64,000 nucleotides of DNA from Dehalococcoidia bacterium. Its GTDB lineage: Bacteria; Chloroflexota; Dehalococcoidia; UBA2979. Made by a program: the position numbers and the translations under genes. Below are positions 21,078 through 30,461 of this stretch, piece after piece (within the stretch, counting starts at the first letter, position 1; each line of letters opens with the position of its first letter). The stretch spans positions 2,832,039-2,896,038 of the forward strand of contig OZ252046.1 in NCBI GenBank assembly GCA_965247895.1, written 5' to 3'. The notes under the pieces are model-generated. The model was not told the origin of the DNA and did not search any database. It saw only the letters and a list, made by a program, of their open reading frames with translations.

Positions 21078-22168
21078 TGTCCTGAGTTGGGAATGCGATT
21101 GAGATATCCGGTGAGGTTGTCGAAGATTTGGTCGGCGGTCTTGTGCCAGATGAAGGGGCGCGGGTGCTCGTTCCAGTCGGCGACCCAGGCCTCCACTGCA
21201 CGGATCAGGTCAGCGGCGCCGTGATGAGTGCCGCGCCTGAGCCATTTGGTGGTGAGCTCCGCGAACCAGCGCTCCACGAGGTTCATCCAAGAGCTGTAGG
21301 TCGGGGTGAAATGAAACGTGAACCGGGGATGACGCCGGAGCCAGCGCTGGATCTCCGGGGTGCGGTGCGTGGCGACGTTGTCCAACACGACATCCACCGC
21401 GAGTTCGTCGGGCACGCTGCGGTCGATGAGGGTGAGGAACTGCTTGAACTCCCGGGCACGGTGTCGCGGGGTCATGTCCGCGATCACGTGGCCCGAGGCG
21501 ACGTCAAGCGCCGCGTAGAGATTGGTGGTGCCGTGACGGACGTAGTCGTGGGTCTGGCGTCGCGGAACGCTCGGCATCATCGGCAGCATCGGGGCGGTGC
21601 GGTCGAGTGCCTGGATCTGGGTCTTCTCGTCAACACACAAGACGACCGCTGCCTCCGGTGGGTTGAGATAGAGTCCAGCCACGTCGCGCACCTTGTCGAT
21701 GAATTGCGGGTCCGGCGACAGCTTGAAGTGCTCCACGAGGTGTGGCTTGAGGCCAAAGGCGCGCCAGATCTTGGAGATCGCCGTCTGCGACATCCCCACC
21801 GCGGCGGCCATCGATCTGGTCGACCACTGCGTCGCGTTGTGCGGTTGTTCTTCCAGTGTCTTGACGATCACCGCTTCAATCTGGGCGTCGCTGATCGTGC
21901 GCGGTGCACCGGGGCGCGGCTCATCGCTCAGTCCATCGAGCCGCCGCTGCGCAAAGCGTCTGCGCCATTTGCCCGCGGTCACCGGATGGCAACCAAGCGC
22001 CGCGGCGATCTCGGTATTCGGGGTCCCTTCTGCCGCAGCGAGCACGATCCGGCAGCGCAGCGCCAACGCCTGAGCCGATGTCGGTCGGCGCGCCCACCGT
22101 TCCAGCGTCTCACGCTCATCGTCGCTCAGTACAACCGCCACCGTCGGCCGGCCAAGTCGGGTACTCAT
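21074..22168 (-). CDS. IS630-family transposase
   Basis: HTH region, VDEKTQIQALDR, YVRHGT, VLDN, SSWMNLVERWF; the stop TAG lies in the flanking CTAG. Confidence 0.95.
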   Translation of the reverse strand: MSTRLGRPTVAVVLSDDERETLERWARRPTSAQALALRCRIVLAAAEGTPNTEIAAALGCHPVTAGKWRRRFAQRRLDGLSDEPRPGAPRTISDAQIEAVIVKTLEEQPHNATQWSTRSMAAAVGMSQTAISKIWRAFGLKPHLVEHFKLSPDPQFIDKVRDVAGLYLNPPEAAVVLCVDEKTQIQALDRTAPMLPMMPSVPRRQTHDYVRHGTTNLYAALDVASGHVIADMTPRHRAREFKQFLTLIDRSVPDELAVDVVLDNVATHRTPEIQRWLRRHPRFTFHFTPTYSSWMNLVERWFAELTTKWLRRGTHHGAADLIRAVEAWVADWNEHPRPFIWHKTADQIFDNLTGYLNRIPNSGH

Positions 22169-22254
22169 GACACTCCAGCGTCTGCCCCACACGGGCAACA
22201 CCCCGCTGTACCAACATCATACCCGCTTGTTTATCGCGTTAACAACTCAGGACA
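21078..22254 (-). mobile_element. IS630-family insertion sequence, copy 1 (between CTAG sites)
   Basis: Inverted ends TGTCCTGAGTTG / CAACTCAGGACA flanked by CTAG at 21074-21077 and 22255-22258. Confidence 0.95.
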
Positions 22255-22258
22255 CTAG

Positions 22259-23551
22259 CAGGGTGATGAAAAAGGGGCGGGTCGTCTGGCAGGATAGGAC
22301 TGGCGGCGGGGGCATAGCCTGGAGGCTGCCCCATGCGAGGCGATGCTGAGCGTCAGACCAACATGTTGCTGGCGGTGACGCCGGACTCCTTCATCCCAGA
22401 CGACCACCCGATCCGCCGCATCAAGCCGATCGTCGATTCCGCGCTGCAGCGGCTCTCGCCGCTGTTCGGCACGATGTACAGCAAGCACGGCCGGCCCTCG
22501 ATCCCGCCCGAGCACTTGCTCAAGGCGAGTCTGCTGATCGCGCTCTACTCGATCCGTAGCGAGCGCCAGTTCTGCGAGCGGCTGCGCTACGACCTGCTGT
22601 TCAAGTGGTTCCTCGACCTCAACATCTCAGACGAGCCGTTCGACGCCTCCAGCTTCTCGAAGAACCGCGAGCGCCTGCTCGCTGCCGATGTCGCGCGCGC
22701 CTTCTTCGCCGAGGTGGTGGCCGAGGCGAAGCGGCGCCGGCTGCTCTCCGCCGAGCACTTCACGGTGGATGGGACGCTGCTGGAGGCCTGGGCCTCGCTC
22801 AAGAGCTACCGCCCGCGCGACGAGCAGGAGCCACCCCCGGGCGGACGCAACCCGGATGTCGACTTCCGGGGGCGGCGGCGCAGCCGCGATACGCATAGTT
22901 CCGGCACCGACCCGCAGGCGCGGCTGTACACGAAGGGGTCGGGGCAGACGGCGAAACTGAGCTACATGGGGCACCTGCTCACCGAGAACCGTCACGGCCT
23001 GGTGCTGGACGTGGAGCTGACCGAGGCGAACGGGTACGCCGAGCGCGAGGCGGCGGTCACGATGCTGGAGCGCAGCGTGAGCGGCTGCGGGACGCTGGGC
23101 GCCGACCGCGGCTACGACACGCGCGACTTCGTGGCGGCGCTGCGCGCTCGCGGCGTGACGCCGCACGTGGCGCAGCACGACCGCCGCCGCCGCAGCGCCG
23201 TGGACGGGCGCACCACGCGGCATCGCGGCTACAGGCAGAGTCAGAAGCGACGCAAGATCGTGGAGCAGGTCTTCGGCTGGCTGAAGACCGTGGGCGGCGG
23301 GCGCAAGCTGCGTTTCGTGGGCCGCGAGCGCAACCGCGGCTGGCTGGAGCTCACCGCCGCCGCCTACAACCTGGTGCGCATGGCCACGCTTGAGACCGCC
23401 GCGGCGTAGGCGCAGTGCGCCCTCCGCCCCGCCAGGGAGCCCTCAGAGGCGCCCGGGGGCAGGTCAGGAGGCCACGATCACGAACCCGGAGGCCGCTTCA
23501 AGCAGCCCGGCACCGCTCCAAACCCCCGGAAGGCGTTTCTTCAGCACCCTG
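22259..23551 (+). mobile_element. IS5-family insertion sequence, copy 1
   Basis: IRs CAGGGTGATGAAAAA / TTTCTTCAGCACCCTG; CTAG duplicated on both sides. Confidence 0.93.
22333..23409 (+). CDS. IS5-family transposase
   Basis: GRPSIPPE, SERQFCE, FTVDGTL, GADRGYD, RKIVEQVFGWLK (DDE). Confidence 0.93.
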   Translation: MRGDAERQTNMLLAVTPDSFIPDDHPIRRIKPIVDSALQRLSPLFGTMYSKHGRPSIPPEHLLKASLLIALYSIRSERQFCERLRYDLLFKWFLDLNISDEPFDASSFSKNRERLLAADVARAFFAEVVAEAKRRRLLSAEHFTVDGTLLEAWASLKSYRPRDEQEPPPGGRNPDVDFRGRRRSRDTHSSGTDPQARLYTKGSGQTAKLSYMGHLLTENRHGLVLDVELTEANGYAEREAAVTMLERSVSGCGTLGADRGYDTRDFVAALRARGVTPHVAQHDRRRRSAVDGRTTRHRGYRQSQKRRKIVEQVFGWLKTVGGGRKLRFVGRERNRGWLELTAAAYNLVRMATLETAAA

Positions 23552-23555
23552 CTAG

Positions 23556-24732
23556 TGTCCTGAGTTGTTAACGCGATAAACAAGCGGGTATGATGTTGGT
23601 ACAGCGGGGTGTTGCCCGTGTGGGGCAGACGCTGGAGTGTCATGAGTACCCGACTTGGCCGGCCGACGGTGGCGGTTGTACTGAGCGACGATGAGCGTGA
23701 GACGCTGGAACGGTGGGCGCGCCGACCGACATCGGCTCAGGCGTTGGCGCTGCGCTGCCGGATCGTGCTCGCTGCGGCAGAAGGGACCCCGAATACCGAG
23801 ATCGCCGCGGCGCTTGGTTGCCATCCGGTGACCGCGGGCAAATGGCGCAGACGCTTTGCGCAGCGGCGGCTCGATGGACTGAGCGATGAGCCGCGCCCCG
23901 GTGCACCGCGCACGATCAGCGACGCCCAGATTGAAGCGGTGATCGTCAAGACACTGGAAGAACAACCGCACAACGCGACGCAGTGGTCGACCAGATCGAT
24001 GGCCGCCGCGGTGGGGATGTCGCAGACGGCGATCTCCAAGATCTGGCGCGCCTTTGGCCTCAAGCCACACCTCGTGGAGCACTTCAAGCTGTCGCCGGAC
24101 CCGCAATTCATCGACAAGGTGCGCGACGTGGCTGGACTCTATCTCAACCCACCGGAGGCAGCGGTCGTCTTGTGTGTTGACGAGAAGACCCAGATCCAGG
24201 CACTCGACCGCACCGCCCCGATGCTGCCGATGATGCCGAGCGTTCCGCGACGCCAGACCCACGACTACGTCCGTCACGGCACCACCAATCTCTACGCGGC
24301 GCTTGACGTCGCCTCGGGCCACGTGATCGCGGACATGACCCCGCGACACCGTGCCCGGGAGTTCAAGCAGTTCCTCACCCTCATCGACCGCAGCGTGCCC
24401 GACGAACTCGCGGTGGATGTCGTGTTGGACAACGTCGCCACGCACCGCACCCCGGAGATCCAGCGCTGGCTCCGGCGTCATCCCCGGTTCACGTTTCATT
24501 TCACCCCGACCTACAGCTCTTGGATGAACCTCGTGGAGCGCTGGTTCGCGGAGCTCACCACCAAATGGCTCAGGCGCGGCACTCATCACGGCGCCGCTGA
24601 CCTGATCCGTGCAGTGGAGGCCTGGGTCGCCGACTGGAACGAGCACCCGCGCCCCTTCATCTGGCACAAGACCGCCGACCAAATCTTCGACAACCTCACC
24701 GGATATCTCAATCGCATTCCCAACTCAGGACA
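23556..24732 (+). mobile_element. IS630-family insertion sequence, copy 2 (inverted relative to copy 1)
   Basis: Same ends as copy 1; CTAG at 23552-23555 and 24733-24736. Confidence 0.95.
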
Positions 24733-24736
24733 CTAG
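23642..24736 (+). CDS. IS630-family transposase
   Basis: Translation identical to copy 1. Confidence 0.95.
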   Translation: MSTRLGRPTVAVVLSDDERETLERWARRPTSAQALALRCRIVLAAAEGTPNTEIAAALGCHPVTAGKWRRRFAQRRLDGLSDEPRPGAPRTISDAQIEAVIVKTLEEQPHNATQWSTRSMAAAVGMSQTAISKIWRAFGLKPHLVEHFKLSPDPQFIDKVRDVAGLYLNPPEAAVVLCVDEKTQIQALDRTAPMLPMMPSVPRRQTHDYVRHGTTNLYAALDVASGHVIADMTPRHRAREFKQFLTLIDRSVPDELAVDVVLDNVATHRTPEIQRWLRRHPRFTFHFTPTYSSWMNLVERWFAELTTKWLRRGTHHGAADLIRAVEAWVADWNEHPRPFIWHKTADQIFDNLTGYLNRIPNSGH

Positions 24737-24749
24737 TGCGGATCGTGCC

Positions 24750-25568
24750 GTGACTGACCTCCTAGCGGGTGACGGCCTGGCTGCCTTTCCACTGCAACCG
24801 TGGACGCGGACGAAGCTCTTCCTGATCGAACGCTACCTCGACATCTTCACGGTAGGCATGCGCAGAAGGTGGAGACTGGTCTATGCCGATCTCTTCTCCG
24901 GTCCGGGCCTTTGCGTTGATGAGGCAACGAGGGAGGAACGTCCCGGCTCAGCTCTGCTGGCCGCGCGGCGAGAGGAGTTCGACGCGCTCTTCTTGAACGA
25001 CGTCAGCGCTGAGGCAATCACGGCGCTGAGGCAGCGGGTCGGCGGGCGAGATACGCGGAAGGTCCGATTGACTGCGTTGGATTGCAACGAAGCGGCAGTT
25101 GCCGCCCGCGAGCACCTCTTTCCGCCGACATCCGCAAGCGGAACTCTCGGTCTGGCCGTCATTGACCCGACGGCGTTCCAAATCTCGTTCGATGCTATTC
25201 GAGAGATGACCGCAGACCTACGAATCGATCTCATCATCACATTCATGACCGGGTACATTCTTCGCTTCATTGGCGAGCCGTCACTGGAGGGAAGGCTCGA
25301 CCGCTTCTTCGGGACGCTTGAGTGGCGGGATCTCATTCCCGGCATTGATAGGGGGAGGTTGACGTACCGTGCCCTGCTCGATCTCTACGAGGCACAACTT
25401 CGCTCGATCGGGTACTCAGTCTTTGATGATCGCCAGCAGGCGCGAAATCGGGCCGGAGCAAGCATCTACCACATGGTCTTCGCCAGTAAGGATCCGCGAG
25501 GTGGGGACTTCTGGCAGAAGATCAGCCAGCGGGACGACGTGGGCCGCGCGCGGCTGCCCGGCTTCTAG
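24750..25568 (+). CDS. tcmP: Three-Cys-motif partner protein TcmP (SAM-dependent methyltransferase-like)
   Basis: WTRTKLFLIERYL, YADLFSGPG, GSALLA, DCN, IDP, FFGTLEW, YHMVFASK. Directly downstream of DUF5131 once the IS are removed. Confidence 0.85.
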   Translation: MTDLLAGDGLAAFPLQPWTRTKLFLIERYLDIFTVGMRRRWRLVYADLFSGPGLCVDEATREERPGSALLAARREEFDALFLNDVSAEAITALRQRVGGRDTRKVRLTALDCNEAAVAAREHLFPPTSASGTLGLAVIDPTAFQISFDAIREMTADLRIDLIITFMTGYILRFIGEPSLEGRLDRFFGTLEWRDLIPGIDRGRLTYRALLDLYEAQLRSIGYSVFDDRQQARNRAGASIYHMVFASKDPRGGDFWQKISQRDDVGRARLPGF

Positions 25569-26822
25569 CTACTCCCGCCCCAGCCTCAGCCCCAGCACAC
25601 CGGCGAGCTCGACGAGCGTGGGGACGGCGGTCTCGCCGTGGAGGGCGCCGGCCTCGAGGTTGCGGGCGATGGCGAGCAGGATCTCGATGGCGCGCGGGGT
25701 GTCGAAGTCGTCGTCCATGGCGTCCATGAACTGGTTGCGCAGCGGCTGCACGCGCAGCTGGTCCGGCGGACCGCCGGTGCTCGCCGCCGCGCGGTGCAGC
25801 AGCGCCGCCTGCTCCTCGCGGCGCTCGATGTCGGCGCCGTGCCAGGGGTGCTCCTCGCGGTAGTGCGTGCCCAGCAGCGCGAGCCGGATCGCGTCCGGCG
25901 TGTGCCCGGCGTCGAGCAGCTCGCTCACCTTCACGAGGTTGCCGAGCGACTTCGACATCTTCACGCCGTCCAGCGTGAGCGTGCCGATGTGCATCCAGCA
26001 GCCGACGAACGGCTCGGCTCCCGTCGCGTGCTGCGACTGCACGATCTCGGACTCGTGGTGCGGGTAGATCAGGTCGCGCCCGCCGCCGTGGATGTCGATC
26101 CGGTCGCCGAGCGCGGCGCGCACCATCGCCGAGCACTCGATGTGCCAGCCGGGCCTGCCGCGGCCCCAGGGCGCGTCGAAGGCCGCGCCCGGGTAGTCCG
26201 AGGGCTGCCAGAGCAGAAAGTCGAGCGAATCGCGCTTCAGCTCCTCGGGCTCCTCGGGCATCGTGTCGGTGCGGGGGGCGTTGCGCAGCTCGTCGGCGCT
26301 CATCCCGGCGAGCGCGCCGAAGGCCGGCGCGGTGCGCGCCTCGAAGAAGACGTGGCCCCCGGCCTCGTAGGCGTGCCCGCGCTCCAGCAGCAGCGAGATC
26401 AGCTCGATGATCTCGGGGATGCTCCCGGAGACGCGCGGGTAGGCGTCGGGGCGCAGCACGTTGATCGCGTCCATGTCCTGCAGGAACTGCGTGTGCTGCT
26501 GCTCGGTCAGCTCCGCGATCGAGATGCCGCGCTCACGCGAGACGCGCACCATGTCGTCGTCGATGTCGGTGATGTTCTGGATGTGCCGGACCTCGAAGGA
26601 CTGGAACTCGAGGTAGCGGCGCACGACGTCGAAGACGACGTAGGTGAGGGCGTGCCCGAGGTGTCCCACGTCGTACGGGGTGATCCCGCACACGTACATG
26701 CGGACGACGTGGTCCTCAATGGGTCTGAGTGGCTCTCTGCGGCGCGAGAGCGTGTGGTGGATCTCGAGCAGCAGCGGCTCCTCGTCGTGCGGATCGGGGT
26801 CGCGCGGGCCAGCGCCGGGCAT
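25569..26822 (-). CDS. Cysteinyl-tRNA synthetase paralog, MshC-like cysteine ligase
   Basis: [43 protein letters not shown]; ends after DDFDTPRA without a full anticodon-binding domain. Confidence 0.8.
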   Translation of the reverse strand: MPGAGPRDPDPHDEEPLLLEIHHTLSRRREPLRPIEDHVVRMYVCGITPYDVGHLGHALTYVVFDVVRRYLEFQSFEVRHIQNITDIDDDMVRVSRERGISIAELTEQQHTQFLQDMDAINVLRPDAYPRVSGSIPEIIELISLLLERGHAYEAGGHVFFEARTAPAFGALAGMSADELRNAPRTDTMPEEPEELKRDSLDFLLWQPSDYPGAAFDAPWGRGRPGWHIECSAMVRAALGDRIDIHGGGRDLIYPHHESEIVQSQHATGAEPFVGCWMHIGTLTLDGVKMSKSLGNLVKVSELLDAGHTPDAIRLALLGTHYREEHPWHGADIERREEQAALLHRAAASTGGPPDQLRVQPLRNQFMDAMDDDFDTPRAIEILLAIARNLEAGALHGETAVPTLVELAGVLGLRLGRE

Positions 26823-26883
26823 CGTAGCATGGCGCTGTCGCTATCGAGGCCGCGCACGGGCGGCGCAGGCGGAGGAGGACGCA

Positions 26884-27660
26884 GTGCTGCTCGCACGGGC
26901 ACGGGTTCGGGGCAGGGTGGTGCACGGCATCGTCGAGGACGGCGCGCTGCACCTCATCCGCGGCGGCCTCTTCGGCCGGCGCGAGCGCAGCGGCGAGGTC
27001 GTGCCGCTCGAGGAAGCGCGCCTGCTCGCGCCGACGCAGCCGACGAAGGTGCTGGCGATCGGCCTCAACTACCGCAGTCACCTCGCCTCGGGCGCGGCGA
27101 CGGCGGCTGGCGCGCGGCCGGAGCCGGCGCAGCCGGAGCCGTTCATCAAGACGCCGAGCTCCGTGATCGGCCCCGGCGAGGCGATCGTGCTCCCGCCCGG
27201 CGCCGGCCGTGTCGACGAGGAGGGCGAGGTCGTCGCCGTGATCGGACGGCGCGGGCGCAACATCCCCGAGGAGCGCGTCGAGGACTACATCCTCGGCTAC
27301 ACCTGCGGCAACGACGTCTCCGCGCGCCACTGGCAGCGCGACGATCTCCAGTGGTGGCGCGCCAAGTCCGCCGACACCTTCACCGCCGCCGGCCCCTGGA
27401 TCGCCACCGACCTCGACCCCGAGGCGATCCCGATCGCTGTGCGCGTCAACGGCGAGGAGGTCCAGCGGGCGACGACGGCCGACTTGATCCACTCGATCCG
27501 GCGTTGCATCGCCCACATCTCCAGCGCGATGACGCTGGAGCGCGGCGACATGATCTTCACCGGCACGCCCGGCGAGACAAGCCAGCTCGCCGCGGGCGAC
27601 ATCGTCTCCGTCGAGGTCGGCGGCGTCGGGGTGCTGCGCAACCCGGTGGTCGAGGGCTGA
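26884..27660 (+). CDS. Fumarylacetoacetate hydrolase family protein
   Basis: KVLAIGLNYRSH, DEEGEV, GYTCGNDVSAR, AKSADTF, TGTP; GGAGG RBS. Confidence 0.92.
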   Translation: MLLARARVRGRVVHGIVEDGALHLIRGGLFGRRERSGEVVPLEEARLLAPTQPTKVLAIGLNYRSHLASGAATAAGARPEPAQPEPFIKTPSSVIGPGEAIVLPPGAGRVDEEGEVVAVIGRRGRNIPEERVEDYILGYTCGNDVSARHWQRDDLQWWRAKSADTFTAAGPWIATDLDPEAIPIAVRVNGEEVQRATTADLIHSIRRCIAHISSAMTLERGDMIFTGTPGETSQLAAGDIVSVEVGGVGVLRNPVVEG

Positions 27661-27724
27661 GCGCCCGCACGGACTGATCGGCCGGTCTGCCAGGCCAGCC
27701 TGATCGGTTGAGGAGGGGGGCGCG

Positions 27725-29401
27725 ATGAGCGAAGGCGGCCGCACGCTGCGCCTCGCCCTGTTGCAGCTCCCCGCCTTCGAGCTGGCCGACCACGAGGCGG
27801 CCTGGGCGGAGCTGCTGCGGCGCATCGACGAGGCCGCCGCAGGCTCGTCCGCCGGAGTGCCGGACCTGATCGTGCTGCCCGAGGCGAGCTACCCCGCCTA
27901 CTACCTGCACTCCCGCGAGGCCTACGAGGCCGCCGAGGTCCTCGCCGACGAGGAGGTCGAGCGCGCGATTGGCGAGCGCGCCGCGCGCCACGGCTGCGCG
28001 ATCGCCGTCGGCCTCGTGCAGCGAGGCGGGGATGGCGCTGCGGGCGATGGGCGACTCGTGAACACCGCTGTGCTCTTCGCGCGCGACGGCCGCGTCGCCG
28101 CGCGGCAGCCCAAGCGCTTCCTCTGGCACTTCGACCGCCACTGGTACGCGCCCGGCGAGGCGGGCGCGCCGATCGCCCTTGAGGCGGCCGGGTCCGGGTC
28201 GACGGAGGTCGGGCTCTTCATCTGCTCCGACGGCCGCCTGCCGGAGATCACGCGCGAGCTTGCGCTGGGAGGCGCCGACCTGCTGGTCGACTGCACGGCC
28301 TGGGTGTCCTCGGGACGCGATCCGGCGGCGCTCTCCAACCCGCAGGTCGATTACATGCTGGCGGCGCGTGCGATCGAGAACGGCGCCTGGATCGCCGCTG
28401 CCGACAAGGTGGGCGTCGAGGCGGGCAGCATCGTCTACGCCGGCCGCAGCGGTGTCGTCGACCCGCGTGGGCGCTGGCGCGTGCAGGCGCCGAGCGACCG
28501 CCCCGGCGTCGTGCATACCGTCATCGACCTCGATGAGGCGACCGGCCCGCCGGTCGCGCCGCGCATCGAGCTGTACGGCGCGGCAGCGATTTCCGGCGAC
28601 TCGCTCGAGGACGCCGAGGCGGGCTCAGGCAGGGACGAGGAGATCGTGCGCGTGGCCGCCGCGGCGGTGGAGGTCTCGCCCTCGGCCGTCGCGCTGATGG
28701 AGCGGGTGCGCGCCCTCGTCACGACGCTCGCGACGCAGGGCGTGGACCTCGTCGTGTTGCCCGATCTCGCGCGCGCGGACGCGCACGCGCTCGGCGAGGA
28801 GGAGCTGCTGCCGCTGCTGCGCTCGCTCTCCGCGGACGCCGGCGTGATGCTCGCCGTCGGACTCGCCGAGCGCGCGGGCGAGGCGACGTACAAGCGGCTC
28901 TCGCTGCTCGATCGCGGCGAGCTGATCGCGTCCTGCCGGCAAACGCATCTCGATGACGCCGAGCGTGCCGCGGGCTACCGCCCCGGCGACGAGCCGACGC
29001 CGCTGGTGGAGACGCGCCTCGGGCGGATCGGCCTGCTTCCGGCCGGCGATGCGCTCGCCCCCGAGCCCGCGCGTGGACTGCGGCTGCAGGGCGCGGAGTT
29101 GCTGCTCTGGTGCGCGCAGCCGCTGCCGGGCTTCGCCCCCGAGGGGTTGCGCGCCCTCGCGCGGTCACGGGCGGCGGAGAACCGCGTCTGGCTCGCGGCG
29201 TCAGCCGGTCCCGAGGAGGCGGGCGGAGCCTACGTCGTCGACCCATCGGGCGCCGTCGCCGCTGAGTCCCTCGCCGGGCAGTCGCTCGCCGTCGCGGCGG
29301 ACGTACATCGCGGGCTGGCGCGCTGGCGCCGCGTCGCGCCGGACACCGATCCGATCGCAGAGTACCGGCCGGCGGGCTACCTCACGGGCGGGAGCGCCTG
29401 A
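27725..29401 (+). CDS. Carbon-nitrogen hydrolase with two tandem nitrilase domains
   Basis: Domain 1: LIVLPE, QPKRFL, ICSD. Domain 2: LVVLPD, RQTHL, LPAGD. Confidence 0.88.
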   Translation: MSEGGRTLRLALLQLPAFELADHEAAWAELLRRIDEAAAGSSAGVPDLIVLPEASYPAYYLHSREAYEAAEVLADEEVERAIGERAARHGCAIAVGLVQRGGDGAAGDGRLVNTAVLFARDGRVAARQPKRFLWHFDRHWYAPGEAGAPIALEAAGSGSTEVGLFICSDGRLPEITRELALGGADLLVDCTAWVSSGRDPAALSNPQVDYMLAARAIENGAWIAAADKVGVEAGSIVYAGRSGVVDPRGRWRVQAPSDRPGVVHTVIDLDEATGPPVAPRIELYGAAAISGDSLEDAEAGSGRDEEIVRVAAAAVEVSPSAVALMERVRALVTTLATQGVDLVVLPDLARADAHALGEEELLPLLRSLSADAGVMLAVGLAERAGEATYKRLSLLDRGELIASCRQTHLDDAERAAGYRPGDEPTPLVETRLGRIGLLPAGDALAPEPARGLRLQGAELLLWCAQPLPGFAPEGLRALARSRAAENRVWLAASAGPEEAGGAYVVDPSGAVAAESLAGQSLAVAADVHRGLARWRRVAPDTDPIAEYRPAGYLTGGSA

Positions 29402-29434
29402 GCGGGACAGGACGCGGCCGGAACGTCGGGCGAC

Positions 29435-29941
29435 TCAGTCCGTGCCTGGTTCTACCGTCCTGGGACGCTTCGCACAGTGGGCGCAAATGAGGGAAGGCCC
29501 CCCGGCAGATGGCAGGAGCAGTTCCGGCCGCCCGCCCGGCGCCTGTCCGGCGGTGAGAAGCGCGCGGCCTCGGAAGATCCTGTCCACGGTGGATCCGATT
29601 GAGCGGTCGCGGATGTCCGGGGTGCGTACGTGCTTCTGACAGAACAGCAGCCGGCAGCGCGAGCACCCAGGGCCCATCCGCTCGAAACAGCCCTCGATCG
29701 CGCACTGGTTTCGCTCGTTCGACTTCGCGACGCGGGCGCGCCACTCTGTTTGCGCGCGCGAATCCTCCAGCCTCGCGCGACAGCGCCTGCCGGCGCAGAC
29801 GTGTGTGTAGTCCTCGCCGCGCTCGCCGTGTTTCTCGCAGAAGGGGCGAGTGCAGTAGACGCACTCGCTCACGGCCTCGCGGCCGCAGCCCCGTCGCAGG
29901 AAGCTGGAGCCGAACTTGCAGGGCCGTGCCCTCGCCGCCAC
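29435..29941 (-). CDS. Cys/His-rich zinc-finger protein, paralog B
   Basis: GTG 1 nt after the stop of paralog A; CVYCTRPFCEKH, CSRCRLLFCQKH, CAHC. Confidence 0.75.
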   Translation of the reverse strand: MAARARPCKFGSSFLRRGCGREAVSECVYCTRPFCEKHGERGEDYTHVCAGRRCRARLEDSRAQTEWRARVAKSNERNQCAIEGCFERMGPGCSRCRLLFCQKHVRTPDIRDRSIGSTVDRIFRGRALLTAGQAPGGRPELLLPSAGGPSLICAHCAKRPRTVEPGTD

Positions 29942-29942
29942 G

Positions 29943-30350
29943 TCAGCCCCAGATCTTGCGGCGCTCGAGGCAGTGAGCGCAGACGAGCGCGAGGACCGTG
30001 GCCGCGGGTTGGACTGAGTGGTCACGGACCTCGCGATTGCTCACGTGGTCCCTGCAGAACAACAGCCGGCAGCGCGAGCACTGGTGGCGCTGCCGCTCCG
30101 CACATTCCTCGATCGCGCACACGCTGACGCGGTTCGATGCCGAGGCGCGCTCGCGCCACTGCGCGTGCGCGCGCAGGTCCTGCAGCTTCTCGCGGCAGCG
30201 CTTGCCGGCGCAGACGTCCGTGTAGTTCTCGCCGCGCTCGCCGTGCTCGGCGCAGAAGGGGCGGCCGCAGTAGACGCAGTCGCTCACGGCCTCGCGGCCA
30301 CAGCCGCGGCGCAGAAAGCCCGATCCGAATCCGCAGGGCTGTGCGCTCAT
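29943..30350 (-). CDS. Cys/His-rich zinc-finger protein, paralog A
   Basis: CVYCGRPFCAEH, CSRCRLLFCRDH, CAHC. Confidence 0.8.
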   Translation of the reverse strand: MSAQPCGFGSGFLRRGCGREAVSDCVYCGRPFCAEHGERGENYTDVCAGKRCREKLQDLRAHAQWRERASASNRVSVCAIEECAERQRHQCSRCRLLFCRDHVSNREVRDHSVQPAATVLALVCAHCLERRKIWG

Positions 30351-30461
30351 CGCGACGCCGCCGATTCCCGGCGTTGCGCCCTCGGGCGACGCGTCCGGAC
30401 CCCGAGGGCGGGACCGGCGCGCATTCTCGCACAGGCCGGCGCGGGCGCGCGCGCCTCGGGG

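Noticed and set aside
24609-24749. N-terminal extension of TcmP in the ORF track
   Set aside because: Derived from an alternative frame inside IS630 copy 2; not part of the native gene.
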